From positions 1 through 36,995 of IMG/VR virus record IMGVR_UViG_3300025635_000011: DNA of 36,995 nucleotides; one strand, written 5' to 3'. Numbering within the stretch: the stretch's first letter is position 1; each line of letters opens with the position of its first letter. The notes beneath the pieces were generated by a model that saw nothing but the letters and a program-made list of their open reading frames with translations, made no database searches and was not told the origin of the DNA. This DNA is from a virus. Its lineage: Duplodnaviria; Caudoviricetes. This document shows, piece by piece, positions 1 to 9,020 of the stretch. Both the position numbers and the translations under genes were made by a program.

Positions 1-127
1 CGGCGCACTCCGCCCACGACGACAACTTCCCCGATCTTACAGAGAATATCATGACACTCGATGGTGTGTAGCTTACGCCCCACAGCTCCTTTGAACTTGG
101 CGATAACATATTTAAACAGCTCCACCA
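1..127. repeat. 127-bp terminal direct repeat, copy 1 (circular assembly overlap)
   Basis: 1-127 is identical to 36869-36995; it lies inside the RNR gene and the reading frame is continuous across the junction. Confidence 0.95.
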
Positions 128-704
128 GAGGTTCTGGTCCACTTGCCCGTCCACCGAAGGTTTTAAGGCGTGTACCGGCAGGACGAACTGCGGAAATGTC
201 CCATTTTGGGACTTCTCCAGCATAGAGGAGCGCAATAATCTGTCGAAGAGCCTTTGCCCATCCTTCCTTGGAGTCTTTAACAACAATAGTAGTATTGCTG
301 TCATACAGCTTTTCAGGAATCTCTGGTAGTTTGTTAACATATTTCTGCTCCACGCTAAAGCCAACACCTGTGCCACACAAAAGGATGTACATAGCCTCGT
401 CAAAGGCTTTAGGATCATCAATGGGCAAATATGAGCAGTTATAACCAGCGATGTTCTGGCGCTCCAGAGCCTCGCCAGCAGTCATAATTGACCGCATCGA
501 AGGCATAACTTCCAGGTTAGTCACAGCCTGTTCCAGCTCGTGACGAAGGGCAGGATTGAGCGTATATTGATGCTTATCCTTGAGGTGCTTTTCCATGAAG
601 TTAAAGTATCGAGTAACTGTCTCCTCCCAGTGTTCGCGTCGTCCTTTATCGTCCAGAAACCGGCTATAACGGCTTTTTGCAATATAAGTTTGGTATGGGG
701 TCAT
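1..704 (-). CDS. nrdJ: Class II (adenosylcobalamin-dependent) ribonucleotide reductase, N-terminal part; continues across the junction to 35674 (632 aa in total)
   Basis: ATG at 704 overlaps the upstream TAA (TAATG). Manual translation gives MTPYQTYIAKSRYSRFLDDKGRREHWEETV...VMPSMRSIMTAG...GYNCSY...LLCGTGVGFSVE, in frame with ORF 35674..36993. Confidence 0.92.
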   Translation of the reverse strand, partial: MTPYQTYIAKSRYSRFLDDKGRREHWEETVTRYFNFMEKHLKDKHQYTLNPALRHELEQAVTNLEVMPSMRSIMTAGEALERQNIAGYNCSYLPIDDPKAFDEAMYILLCGTGVGFSVEQKYVNKLPEIPEKLYDSNTTIVVKDSKEGWAKALRQIIALLYAGEVPKWDISAVRPAGTRLKTFGGRASGPEPLVELFKYVIAKFKGAVGRKLHTIECHDILCKIGEVVVVGGVR

Positions 705-1015
705 TATTTTCCTTGTTCTAATTCAATCAGCTTCTCAAGATAGTGGATGGCTTTCTTGAGGTCATCTATACCGCCCTTGTCTCTCCAACGGGACACATAT
801 TTTACACAGTTTCCCTCAAAATAGCCAAGGTTATTTGCATAAATGAAGTCCCAAGGCTGGATTTCTTTGTCACTATAGTGACTCCCTGCTATTTGTTTAC
901 CATTAGCACCTTTTTGGGGCACTTTCTCAGGTAAATTTAGTGATCTCATATAGTCTTCAATTCCATCACGAGTTGTTACGTGTATCGTTCCCGGCATTGG
1001 TGTCCATTCGTCCAT
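704..1015 (-). CDS. DUF3310 family protein (T7 gp1.7-like putative nucleotide kinase)
   Basis: Motif QIAGSHY...QPWDFI...YFEGNCVKYVSRWRDKGGIDDLKKAIHYL; start set at MDEW after a GGAG SD. Confidence 0.8.
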   Translation of the reverse strand: MDEWTPMPGTIHVTTRDGIEDYMRSLNLPEKVPQKGANGKQIAGSHYSDKEIQPWDFIYANNLGYFEGNCVKYVSRWRDKGGIDDLKKAIHYLEKLIELEQGK

Positions 1016-1769
1016 ATTTCTTCTCCAAGTATTCAATACTCAAAAACATTTCATCAAAGTGTCCGTCTTCAACCTCGTTCATCACGAGAAGACCTCGCCA
1101 ATGACGGTTACTAAGCTGATCCATGTAACTCTCATCATGCAGATAATAACTACCAACCACAATAGCTGTGATAGGTCGTCCATCAGCTCGTTTACCATAG
1201 GCGACTTGTTTGCCTTGTTGGTGTCCAGCAATACACGACATATGTAGCTTGCTGATAATAGCAGCAGGAGACGATGCAGGTCTGCCCATAGCACCGACAG
1301 GCCAGTAATGGTTAAAACCAACACCATTAATGAAAACAGGATGTAAGAACCCATAAACTTCCCAGTCAGATTCATAGCCTAAGTCCTTAGTTGAGATCAA
1401 CCCTTCAAGGGTGGGATTGTTGTTTACAGCTCGATCAATGCGATTCTCGTGGTTACCTAGTGTCAGAATCATCCGAGGCTTGTATACCTTCTCTTTGTTC
1501 TTCTTCTGACGAGCCTGGAGGTCTTTGAGAGGCTTCAGCAGCATCTTCATAGCTTGCTTCGCAACGTCGATATCAGACTTGTACCTAAGCCCTTCAAAGT
1601 ACTTGGAGCCTTTAATATCGTGGGAAGACAGACTAGGCATATCAGCAAAGTCCCCGATGTTAACAACAACGTCAGGCCGGTAATCCGTAATAGCCTGACC
1701 AGCCCAAGTAAGATGCTCCAGAGGAACGCCTTGCTTGACTTGACAATCCGGTATAACAAGGATTCTCAT
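966..1769 (-). CDS. Calcineurin-like metallophosphoesterase
   Basis: Motifs IPDCQ, GDFAD, GNHE, GFNH, GHQQ. Confidence 0.85.
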   Translation of the reverse strand: MRILVIPDCQVKQGVPLEHLTWAGQAITDYRPDVVVNIGDFADMPSLSSHDIKGSKYFEGLRYKSDIDVAKQAMKMLLKPLKDLQARQKKNKEKVYKPRMILTLGNHENRIDRAVNNNPTLEGLISTKDLGYESDWEVYGFLHPVFINGVGFNHYWPVGAMGRPASSPAAIISKLHMSCIAGHQQGKQVAYGKRADGRPITAIVVGSYYLHDESYMDQLSNRHWRGLLVMNEVEDGHFDEMFLSIEYLEKKYGRMDTNAGNDTRNNS

Positions 1770-2161
1770 TCTTCGGATTCAACCTCAAGAGAATAGACAG
1801 TTGGCTTGTGAACACCACCATTGTTAATCTCTGGATTCTGTTCAAGCAGTTCAAGAAAGATATTTCTATCTAATTCTCGCCCAGGGGCTGGGGAAACATT
1901 GTGGTCAAAGATAGGAAAAGGAACAGCATAAAAGACTCTGCTTTTAATGTCATAACCATAATGAGATTCAAGCGTCTTGATTACGTCCTCAAGTACCTCA
2001 ATCCAAGTAGGACCGGAGTACGCATTACGCATTTGTACATACTTATCTGCAAAGTCTTCCAGATCAGAATTATCTTGGTCGATGCTAAAACTAACAACGG
2101 TGTCTTTTTTAATCATGCTTTTCTCCTGTTGAATCTGATGAAAATAGTCTTCAAGTTCCAT
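1766..2161 (-). CDS. Hypothetical protein
   Basis: ORF packed between thyX and the phosphoesterase; GAGGAGG SD before MELEDY. Confidence 0.7.
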   Translation of the reverse strand: MELEDYFHQIQQEKSMIKKDTVVSFSIDQDNSDLEDFADKYVQMRNAYSGPTWIEVLEDVIKTLESHYGYDIKSRVFYAVPFPIFDHNVSPAPGRELDRNIFLELLEQNPEINNGGVHKPTVYSLEVESEE

Positions 2162-2801
2162 TAAGTACCTCCTCAAGCGAAGGGAAATGTTCAAAGATTA
2201 TATCTCGACATTGTTCCGCTACATCACGATGCTCCTTCTGTGTTGCCTTATCGCAACGAATGTCAATATAATGAATCCAGCTACGCAGGGTTCCATTCAT
2301 GTACAGTTTAGAGCCTGTAAGACCTTCTGGCAGAAGTGCTCGTGCGACCTCTTTAGCGATCCCTTTATTGAGAGCAGCCTCGTACAGAAACTCAGCCTCC
2401 TTGGTCAGTCTCTGCTGCACTCCGTCCCACCAAGTGGCTAGGTAACGATCATTCTCGTTGCCATAGATGTCTAGGGCTAGACTGTTCTGGCGATTAACCA
2501 TGTCCTGCTTACGGCACTCACGAGTCTCAAAAGCCTCTGCCGTAGCATAACGCTGGCTGAACTCTTGGAAGCTGAAGCTCCGGTGTCTCAGGATTTGACG
2601 AGCAATGTCTCTGGTGGTTTCAATCTCCATGCAGACATTGACCATCTCAAATGGACTCCAGTGCTTGTTCTTAACCAAGTACTTGAGAAGTTTTGAAGCC
2701 GTCTGAGGGTTGTTCTGGTTCGCTGGATTGCTTACCCTCGCCATGTACGCTATCTTCTCCTCCGCTTGTGGTGTCACCCACACTAAGTTCACCTGGGTCA
2801 T
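2151..2801 (-). CDS. thyX: FAD-dependent thymidylate synthase
   Basis: ARVS, HWSPFE, RQILRHRSFSFQEFSQRY (RHRx7S signature), KEVARALLP, TQKEHR. Confidence 0.95.
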   Translation of the reverse strand: MTQVNLVWVTPQAEEKIAYMARVSNPANQNNPQTASKLLKYLVKNKHWSPFEMVNVCMEIETTRDIARQILRHRSFSFQEFSQRYATAEAFETRECRKQDMVNRQNSLALDIYGNENDRYLATWWDGVQQRLTKEAEFLYEAALNKGIAKEVARALLPEGLTGSKLYMNGTLRSWIHYIDIRCDKATQKEHRDVAEQCRDIIFEHFPSLEEVLNGT

Positions 2802-2940
2802 ATTTTATTCCTTCCTCAACTGCGGCTTTTAAAGCCTGCATAATACCGTACAACAATAAACTTTGTCTTTCTTCGCTTGTTAAGTCAAAAGAAAAGTCTG
2901 CTGAACCGTCTTCATTTTCACGTATTAGGTGTACTTGCAT
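2671..2940 (-). CDS. Hypothetical protein
   Basis: ORF in the replication operon (ENEDGSAD motif); its C-terminus overlaps thyX by 131 nt. Confidence 0.65.
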   Translation of the reverse strand: MQVHLIRENEDGSADFSFDLTSEERQSLLLYGIMQALKAAVEEGIKYDPGELSVGDTTSGGEDSVHGEGKQSSEPEQPSDGFKTSQVLG

Positions 2941-3268
2941 TTCTGAAGTTCCTTACAAAATAATCAGCATCAACGACCACAAGAGGCTTACACTGATTCT
3001 GTTTAATGAATACCACAGGCTCATAAGTTCCGTGTGAGCAGGCTTGGTTGTAAAAGTCATACACGGCGATACGAGCATAACTCTTGCACTCAAGTTGCCA
3101 AGGATATATCTTACGAGCCGCAGGAGAGAGCATTACGTCCTCCCCACCAGCACCCATAGAGGTAGACTTAATATCGTCTAATTCAAGCTCTGGAGCGTGT
3201 TCTAGAAGCCTTGCTGCTGCCCACTTCTGTAGGTTCCGTCCTTTAGCTTTGGCACTAGAAGTCTTCAT
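2918..3268 (-). CDS. PD-(D/E)xK endonuclease, putative Holliday junction resolvase
   Basis: SAKAKGRNLQ...GAGGEDV...LECK...PLVVVDADYF pattern; replication-module context. Confidence 0.7.
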   Translation of the reverse strand: MKTSSAKAKGRNLQKWAAARLLEHAPELELDDIKSTSMGAGGEDVMLSPAARKIYPWQLECKSYARIAVYDFYNQACSHGTYEPVVFIKQNQCKPLVVVDADYFVRNFRNASTPNT

Positions 3269-3549
3269 GCCTTAGTCCTCTCATACTGATGCAACAAAGA
3301 CCCAAAAGCATCAGTGTATTCCTCATCATGGTTGGTCTTACCCATCGTAAACAGAATTGCATGAACTAACTCGTGACAGAAGGTCTGCTGAGTCATTTGC
3401 TCATTCATTCCTGCTTTGATTCTGATTTCTTGACTACTGGGGTCACAGATTCCGTAATCGCTAAGTCCCTCAACGTGCCTGACTGTCCAGTCGAATCCTG
3501 CGAGGGTAAAGGAGGAAGCCACAACTGGTCTGGATGGCGTCTTAACCAT
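3265..3549 (-). CDS. Small HExxH zinc-metallopeptidase-like protein
   Basis: YGIC...EIRI...TFCHELVHAIL...E pattern. Confidence 0.7.
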   Translation of the reverse strand: MVKTPSRPVVASSFTLAGFDWTVRHVEGLSDYGICDPSSQEIRIKAGMNEQMTQQTFCHELVHAILFTMGKTNHDEEYTDAFGSLLHQYERTKA

Positions 3550-4199
3550 AACAGTACACCGTTTTCGGTAACTCGCTCAATATTACCATCATACGCTTTA
3601 ACACAAGCATCATAATGTTCCCTTTCTGTTTTACAGTCTTGTAAGATCTTCTCAGCCTTGACAGGGCCAATGCCTTTGATGCCGATGATATTGTCTGTTC
3701 GATCTCCGGTCAGAATCTGAGTGTAGAAACTACGGATTCCTTCCTCTTCCGTGACATAGTACTTTTCCTTCTTAACGAAGTTATAGTGCCAGCCTTTGAC
3801 CTGATCGAAATCTTTATCAATCGAGACTATCCAGCATTTGTCTTGCTCTTTCGTGGCTTCGATGGCGATGGCATCATCGGCTTCTTGTCCTTCGACGAGT
3901 TCTGCTCCGAGTCGCTGGAGGTAGTCTCTGAGTCCATCGTAGTGCTTTGGCTTTTGGAAGTCTTTTCGGTTTCCTTTGTATGGGGCTGTTGTCGCCACCA
4001 TTTGTCGAAAATTCCCTTTGCCGGTGAGATAGGCTTTATAGTCATCGCAGTTTAGTTCCGTATAAACTATTTCAAAGATGAGTTCTTTAGCTCTTGCAAA
4101 ACAGATTTCCTCTGTCTCCTCTTCTGACGCAAACGCTACCCGATAAACGATAACGTCTGCGTCAATAAGAGCTAGCTTGGGAAGCTCAGATGAGATCAT
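3405..4199 (-). CDS. 5'-3' exonuclease (T7 gp6-like)
   Basis: LIDAD, NFR, YKGNR, EADD, SIDKD, GDRTDNIIGIKGIGPVKA motifs; the start could alternatively be 4223. Confidence 0.92.
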   Translation of the reverse strand: MISSELPKLALIDADVIVYRVAFASEEETEEICFARAKELIFEIVYTELNCDDYKAYLTGKGNFRQMVATTAPYKGNRKDFQKPKHYDGLRDYLQRLGAELVEGQEADDAIAIEATKEQDKCWIVSIDKDFDQVKGWHYNFVKKEKYYVTEEEGIRSFYTQILTGDRTDNIIGIKGIGPVKAEKILQDCKTEREHYDACVKAYDGNIERVTENGVLLWLRRHPDQLWLPPLPSQDSTGQSGTLRDLAITESVTPVVKKSESKQE

Positions 4200-4617
4200 C
4201 GTCTTCTTTAGCGTCTGGGACATAGGTACGAACCTCAGTCACAGTCAAGAAGGTTTTCTCAGAGTTTCCCACGATGCTGGGTGACATACCGAATTTAGCA
4301 CTCATCTTGTGCTTGTATGCACTCACGAGAGCTTCGCACTTGGAACCATTACCGATAGCATCAACTGCCACGGGATTGCCCTCTTTGTCCAAGGGCTTGA
4401 ACAAGAACTTGCTCTTGATAACAATGTAGTTACCTTGGGAGTCCTTGTGTTTCACACGGATACCAAGGCCAGCAAGCTTAGCCACATCATCGTCAGGGAT
4501 GTTACCGATCACGCATTCATAGCGGTCGTTGTCAGCGTTAAAAGCTTTATTGAACTCAGCCATCCATTTAGACCAGAACAGCTCTCCAGAGATTTTAACG
4601 GGTTTAAGATCACTCAT
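4186..4617 (-). CDS. Putative single-stranded DNA-binding protein
   Basis: Lies between polymerase and exonuclease; beta-rich with IGNGS motif; acidic C-terminal tail EDDDLI; strong SD. Confidence 0.65.
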   Translation of the reverse strand: MSDLKPVKISGELFWSKWMAEFNKAFNADNDRYECVIGNIPDDDVAKLAGLGIRVKHKDSQGNYIVIKSKFLFKPLDKEGNPVAVDAIGNGSKCEALVSAYKHKMSAKFGMSPSIVGNSEKTFLTVTEVRTYVPDAKEDDDLI

Positions 4618-4668
4618 TTTTCAATTCCTTTGAAAGTTAATAAAACGTCTGTCTTTCCAGACTGTCAG
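4618..4668 (-). promoter_or_regulatory. Hairpin GTCTG-GAAAGA-CAGAC plus AT-rich leader upstream of the putative SSB
   Basis: 5-bp stem at 4647-4662, followed on the minus strand by GTTTTATTAACTTTCAAAGGA. Confidence 0.4.
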
Positions 4669-4853
4669 TTAAGAGTCCTAACTTGGTTAAGTTGGAACTC
4701 GTGCTCTTCTATGTATTCTATCGCAGTTAATAGAATCATGTAAATTTGATCCATTTCAATGTTGCGTGTATGCGACACCATGAAACTCTCACCCTTAATG
4801 TCAATCACGATTCTAGCATCGTAATCAGTGGGTAGCTCGCCAGTTGGCTCCAT
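4665..4853 (-). CDS. Hypothetical protein
   Basis: GGAG SD before MEPTGE; operon packing. Confidence 0.6.
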   Translation of the reverse strand: MEPTGELPTDYDARIVIDIKGESFMVSHTRNIEMDQIYMILLTAIEYIEEHEFQLNQVRTLN

Positions 4854-6537
4854 ATTTGTATTCTCCGTCCAAAGGACAACGTAGTTTATAAAACAGACCA
4901 GCCTCAATGATGGATTGCTTTGCAGCCTCTCCAGTCACTTCAGCCAACTGAGCAGGAACCTCAAACTGCCATTCATCGTGAACATTAGCGACCATCTTCA
5001 CAGGCCACTTGTTGAGCTTTATTTTATCATTAAAAATCACCAGTGCCTTCTTCATCACAATAGCCCCTGCACCTTGTAGGAGACTGTTAAGAGCTGCGTG
5101 TTCAGATCGTACCCAGATCCTACGTCCATCTAGTCCAGGTACGTAACCTTTGGCAGAGAATCCTGCAACCCTGGAAAGTAGTTGTCCAAGAGCCGGGGTT
5201 TGCTTGAGGAACTTGTCCTTGAGAGCAGCTCCATCTCTTGCACTGCCTCCAACGATAGAGCCAATCTTTGAATCTCCTGCGCCATAGAGGAACGCATAGA
5301 TAAAAGTTTTAGCAAGGTCCCGTGTAGCAAGTCCCGCTGCTCGTTGGTTAACTGTGTGAACATCTGTTCCATCTTTAGATGATCCTTCAGTGACAGTTCG
5401 TACATAATCTTCATCCTTCATATAATGAGCAAGCATACGTAACTCAAGGCCGCTAGCGTCACAACCAACCAATACATTACCATTTTCTACCGTCCAACAT
5501 TGTCTACATTCAGGGCCATACAAGCTACCAGCGTTAGGGATCTGAGCCATGTTAGGCTTAGAGTGAGTCATACGTCCTGTCACAGCCCCGTTGGTGATAA
5601 CCTTGCCGTGTACTCGTCCGTCTGGTCCCATAGCTTCTAACCAAGATTCTATCTGAGCAATCCTCTTCTGCAAGAGAAAATAGTCTGCAATTATTTGCCC
5701 TTCGGGGAACAAAACTCCCCTTAAAGTGTCCTCATCTACCAAAGGTTGTCCTGTTGGGGTCAACTTCTTAGGCTTCCATCCAAGCTCAATCAGCTTTTCT
5801 CCGATTTGCTTTCGTGATCCAGGATTGAAGGTAATGATCTCGTCCTTGAGTCGCTTTCCTGTCTTTTCTGAGACTCGCTCAAAGGTGACTGGAGGCCATC
5901 TCTCCTGCATTTGCTCATATATTCCAGCCAGTTTTGTCTTGAGGTCAGTAAGTAAACAGGTTGCATGGATTGTGTCCAGTTTAAATCCGTTACGCTCTTG
6001 TTGAGCAATGATTGCTGCCACTTGGTGCTCTAGTTCCAGCGACTCAGAAGAGAATCCCTTTTTCTCCAGCGAAAGTGTCAGAAACTCATACGTTTTTTCC
6101 AAAACGTCAACATCTCGGATGCAGTAGTGCTCAAGCAGCCCATCAATGGGTTTATCAAAACATTCACCAGGATACTCCTCTCGTCTGTTCATCATCCAAG
6201 ACCACACAGCAGGGTAGTCAATCTTTTGAGTACCGCTCTGCTTTCCGTAGCTTTCCAAGCTGTGTCCGTTCTCTCTCGTTGGCTCTAAGAGCCTGCTTGC
6301 TACTAATGTGTCGTATGTCTTCTTCAATCCGATCTTCGTATTCCATAACCTGTTCAAGTGAAAGAAGTCGAATCCGATCCCATTGTGAGCTATCAGGAGT
6401 GTAGCCTTGCTTAGATAGTCGTTTAGGCCATTTGGATTTTTCCATACTTTAACTTCTCCGGTTTCAAGGTGTTTTGTGACGAGTAAATGGATCGTACTGT
6501 GTAACAGGTTCGTCTCGATGTCCAACGCTATTTTCAT
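4825..6537 (-). CDS. DNA polymerase family A (T7 gp5-like) with 3'-5' exonuclease domain
   Basis: ExoI DIET, ExoII HNGIGFD, ExoIII YCIRDV; motif A DASGLELR, motif B RDLAKTFIYAFLYG, motif C VHDE. Confidence 0.97.
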   Translation of the reverse strand: MKIALDIETNLLHSTIHLLVTKHLETGEVKVWKNPNGLNDYLSKATLLIAHNGIGFDFFHLNRLWNTKIGLKKTYDTLVASRLLEPTRENGHSLESYGKQSGTQKIDYPAVWSWMMNRREEYPGECFDKPIDGLLEHYCIRDVDVLEKTYEFLTLSLEKKGFSSESLELEHQVAAIIAQQERNGFKLDTIHATCLLTDLKTKLAGIYEQMQERWPPVTFERVSEKTGKRLKDEIITFNPGSRKQIGEKLIELGWKPKKLTPTGQPLVDEDTLRGVLFPEGQIIADYFLLQKRIAQIESWLEAMGPDGRVHGKVITNGAVTGRMTHSKPNMAQIPNAGSLYGPECRQCWTVENGNVLVGCDASGLELRMLAHYMKDEDYVRTVTEGSSKDGTDVHTVNQRAAGLATRDLAKTFIYAFLYGAGDSKIGSIVGGSARDGAALKDKFLKQTPALGQLLSRVAGFSAKGYVPGLDGRRIWVRSEHAALNSLLQGAGAIVMKKALVIFNDKIKLNKWPVKMVANVHDEWQFEVPAQLAEVTGEAAKQSIIEAGLFYKLRCPLDGEYKYGANWRATH

Positions 6538-6652
6538 GGCTTGCTTTCAGTTCCTCGTACTGGTGGATCAGCGTCTGATACTTGGATTGTAACTCATAAT
6601 ACTTGCCTTCCAGGTCGATTAACCTTCCAACTAATGTGTCAATGTCCATCAT
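6464..6652 (-). CDS. Hypothetical coiled-coil protein
   Basis: Heptad-like Leu/Tyr pattern; ATGA overlap with the upstream stop. Confidence 0.55.
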   Translation of the reverse strand: MMDIDTLVGRLIDLEGKYYELQSKYQTLIHQYEELKASHENSVGHRDEPVTQYDPFTRHKTP

Positions 6653-6795
6653 TTTAAGTTCATCCATAGCCCCACTTGGGCAAAAGCGTAACCAACCCAG
6701 ATCATACCATTAGGTAGATCCCCTTTGAGCCACTGGAGAGTGCCTACGATAGCGTAACCCACACCTGTAGCTCCTACGATTATGTGTTCAATCAT
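6649..6795 (-). CDS. Small two-helix membrane protein (48 aa, not in the ORF track)
   Basis: Manual translation MIEHIIVGATGVGYAIVGTLQWLKGDLPNGMIWVGYAFAQVGLWMNLK; fills the gap and overlaps both neighbours. Confidence 0.7.
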   Translation of the reverse strand: MIEHIIVGATGVGYAIVGTLQWLKGDLPNGMIWVGYAFAQVGLWMNLK

Positions 6796-6973
6796 AGTTC
6801 AATCCTAATTCCTTAGCATTTTCTGCCTTCTTATTCAATGCTTCGTTAGCAAGATACTTCTGAGCATCCTCTACGATCTTTTCTACATCCTTCTTACCGA
6901 AGATAGTGTCCCATTTACGTGCATATTCCTCCTCCGCAAGGATAAAAGGATTAACTGCTTTTTCCTGTGTCAT
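6788..6973 (-). CDS. Hypothetical protein
   Basis: ATGA overlap with the primase stop; GGAGG SD. Confidence 0.65.
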   Translation of the reverse strand: MTQEKAVNPFILAEEEYARKWDTIFGKKDVEKIVEDAQKYLANEALNKKAENAKELGLNYD

Positions 6974-8562
6974 AGATCCTCCAGTTTAACTTCAAACATT
7001 CTACCAGTATCCACATCATAACGCAGATCACAGGCAGGCCCAGTGAGACCACTGTAGCGGTTCTTCGCCACTGCTACCTTGGTGGTATGCCTCTCAGTAG
7101 CGTCTGCACTCATGGAGTTACGCTCCAGGGTAATCACAGCGTCTGAGAGCTGTGCAATAGCTCCCGAGCCTCGCAGTTGACTCAAAGACACTGCCTGCCC
7201 ATCCTCATGGCCTTGGTTGCCGTTAGGACGCTTCAGGTGCGACACAACAATCAAAGTAATATTAAGTTCCTGCACAAGTGTACGCAGGCGAGTCATCATT
7301 ACATCAATGGCCTTGCGCTCGTCTCCGTTATCTTGACCAGAAATGATGATAGATAAATGATCGAGAAATACAATCCGACAATCACAAGCCTTTGCCATGT
7401 ACCGGATGCGATTAATAATGTTGTCAGCAGAAGTGCTACCGAAATGGTCAAAAAGATAAATACGATCAGTCCCAAGAGTATGCTGGAAAGCATCATGTAA
7501 CTCCTCTGTTGATACTTTGGTGTCGGGCAGGTGCAGGAGCTTGTTAGCTCTCAAGCTCATAATGCTCCTGGCAGTCTTCCTCACAGATTCCTCCAAAAAC
7601 ATACCGCCGATGTTCCACTTCGTGGTGTTCAGAATATGGTAGAGGATCTCTCGCAAGAATTGACTTTTACCCAACCCAGAGCCTGCGGTGACTGTAACGA
7701 GTTCAGCAGGTCGGAACCCATACAGCAGAGAGTTCAGCCCCTTGAAGGGGTACAGAGCCTCCGCAGGTTGCTCTGGTTTGCTTACTTCATCCCAGAGTGA
7801 CGAGGCAGCAACAATTCCGTCAGGGACATACGTCTCAGCCTTCCACCAAGAATCGACAAAAGACTTCGTTTCACCAGATTTAAGATAATCACAGGCATCC
7901 TTACAATCTTGAATATGTTTAACAATCTTGGCCTTAACACCGAACAGTTCAGCAACCTCCTCTGCTGCTTTCTTCCCAGGTTCATCAGAATCAAAGCAGA
8001 TCACCACGCTGTCAAAGGAGTCCAACCACTCAAAGTTAGCTTTACAGTCCTTCAAGGCACTCTGAGCACCATTCTTGATAGACACCACAGGCCACTTGCT
8101 ACCCAGCATCTGGAAGGCCGCTAGTGCGTCCAGTTCACCCTCCACCAGCGTGACGTACTTGCCACCCTTGTGGAACAGGGATTGACCGAATAGGGTAGAT
8201 TTACCCCAATGTCCCTCCACCGAGAAGGTCTTATTAGCCACTGTACGCACCTTGGAGGCCACATAAGCACCAGTCTCATCAGCATACGGATAAATATGCT
8301 TCTGACCTGTCTGAGTGACTTTGTAATGCTCGCAGGTGTCCCTGGTGATCCCTCTATCGGGGATCGGTTTAACTTCGCCTTCAGTTTTCATTTCTGGCTT
8401 CGGTTTAGATTGATAACTAGCAACTGCTTCTTCTAAGGATTCTATCACCCCACAGGAAAAGCAGTAGGTGTGCCCATCTGAGTAGAGAGCATTAGCATCA
8501 GAGGATCCGCAGTGTTCACAGGCGATGTGCCTGACGAATTCTGAGGTGGTATCGTGGATCAC
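6970..8562 (-). CDS. DNA primase-helicase (T7 gp4-like)
   Basis: Zn finger CEHC...CFSC; TOPRIM EGELDA and FDSD; Walker A AGSGLGKS; FLDH; LRGSGAIAQLSD; KNRYSG. Confidence 0.97.
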   Translation of the reverse strand: MIHDTTSEFVRHIACEHCGSSDANALYSDGHTYCFSCGVIESLEEAVASYQSKPKPEMKTEGEVKPIPDRGITRDTCEHYKVTQTGQKHIYPYADETGAYVASKVRTVANKTFSVEGHWGKSTLFGQSLFHKGGKYVTLVEGELDALAAFQMLGSKWPVVSIKNGAQSALKDCKANFEWLDSFDSVVICFDSDEPGKKAAEEVAELFGVKAKIVKHIQDCKDACDYLKSGETKSFVDSWWKAETYVPDGIVAASSLWDEVSKPEQPAEALYPFKGLNSLLYGFRPAELVTVTAGSGLGKSQFLREILYHILNTTKWNIGGMFLEESVRKTARSIMSLRANKLLHLPDTKVSTEELHDAFQHTLGTDRIYLFDHFGSTSADNIINRIRYMAKACDCRIVFLDHLSIIISGQDNGDERKAIDVMMTRLRTLVQELNITLIVVSHLKRPNGNQGHEDGQAVSLSQLRGSGAIAQLSDAVITLERNSMSADATERHTTKVAVAKNRYSGLTGPACDLRYDVDTGRMFEVKLEDL

Positions 8563-9020
8563 TGGTTTTTACTCCTTAATTTGGCTTCTATGGCTTTGAC
8601 AAGGGACTTTAAGTCGCCGCCATCCCAATCAATTTCATCCTCATCCGTCAGCCCAACCCATTCACGCTGTGGTTGTGCGTCCAGCGTATTGCTGGACTTA
8701 ATTGAATCCAATGGATTCAATGGGGTGGTGTAGAGGGGAATGTCCTCGTAGCCTTCTGTTCGCTGGTGGCCGTCACGACCAGAGTCTGCTGGACGTTTCA
8801 AAGAAACAGACCAGTTCGGCCAATCACAATAAGGCTTGCAACGCCACATCCACGCCACCGGCTGATCGAAAGTTTCTTTCGATTCAGTTGAGCTTTGCTC
8901 AACGTCCTGCTTCTCTTCTTCTGCTATGGCTTTACAAAACCTGTTATAAGCGTTTTCAGCCCCTTTAGGCAGAGTGTGCCCCTTGAGTGCCACAATCAGT
9001 TCAATTGCTTCTTGCCTCAT
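8559..9020 (-). CDS. Hypothetical modular phage protein (QPVAW...PLYT...REWVGLTDE)
   Basis: Recurrent phage accessory motifs; start/stop overlaps on both sides. Confidence 0.7.
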   Translation of the reverse strand: MRQEAIELIVALKGHTLPKGAENAYNRFCKAIAEEEKQDVEQSSTESKETFDQPVAWMWRCKPYCDWPNWSVSLKRPADSGRDGHQRTEGYEDIPLYTTPLNPLDSIKSSNTLDAQPQREWVGLTDEDEIDWDGGDLKSLVKAIEAKLRSKNQ

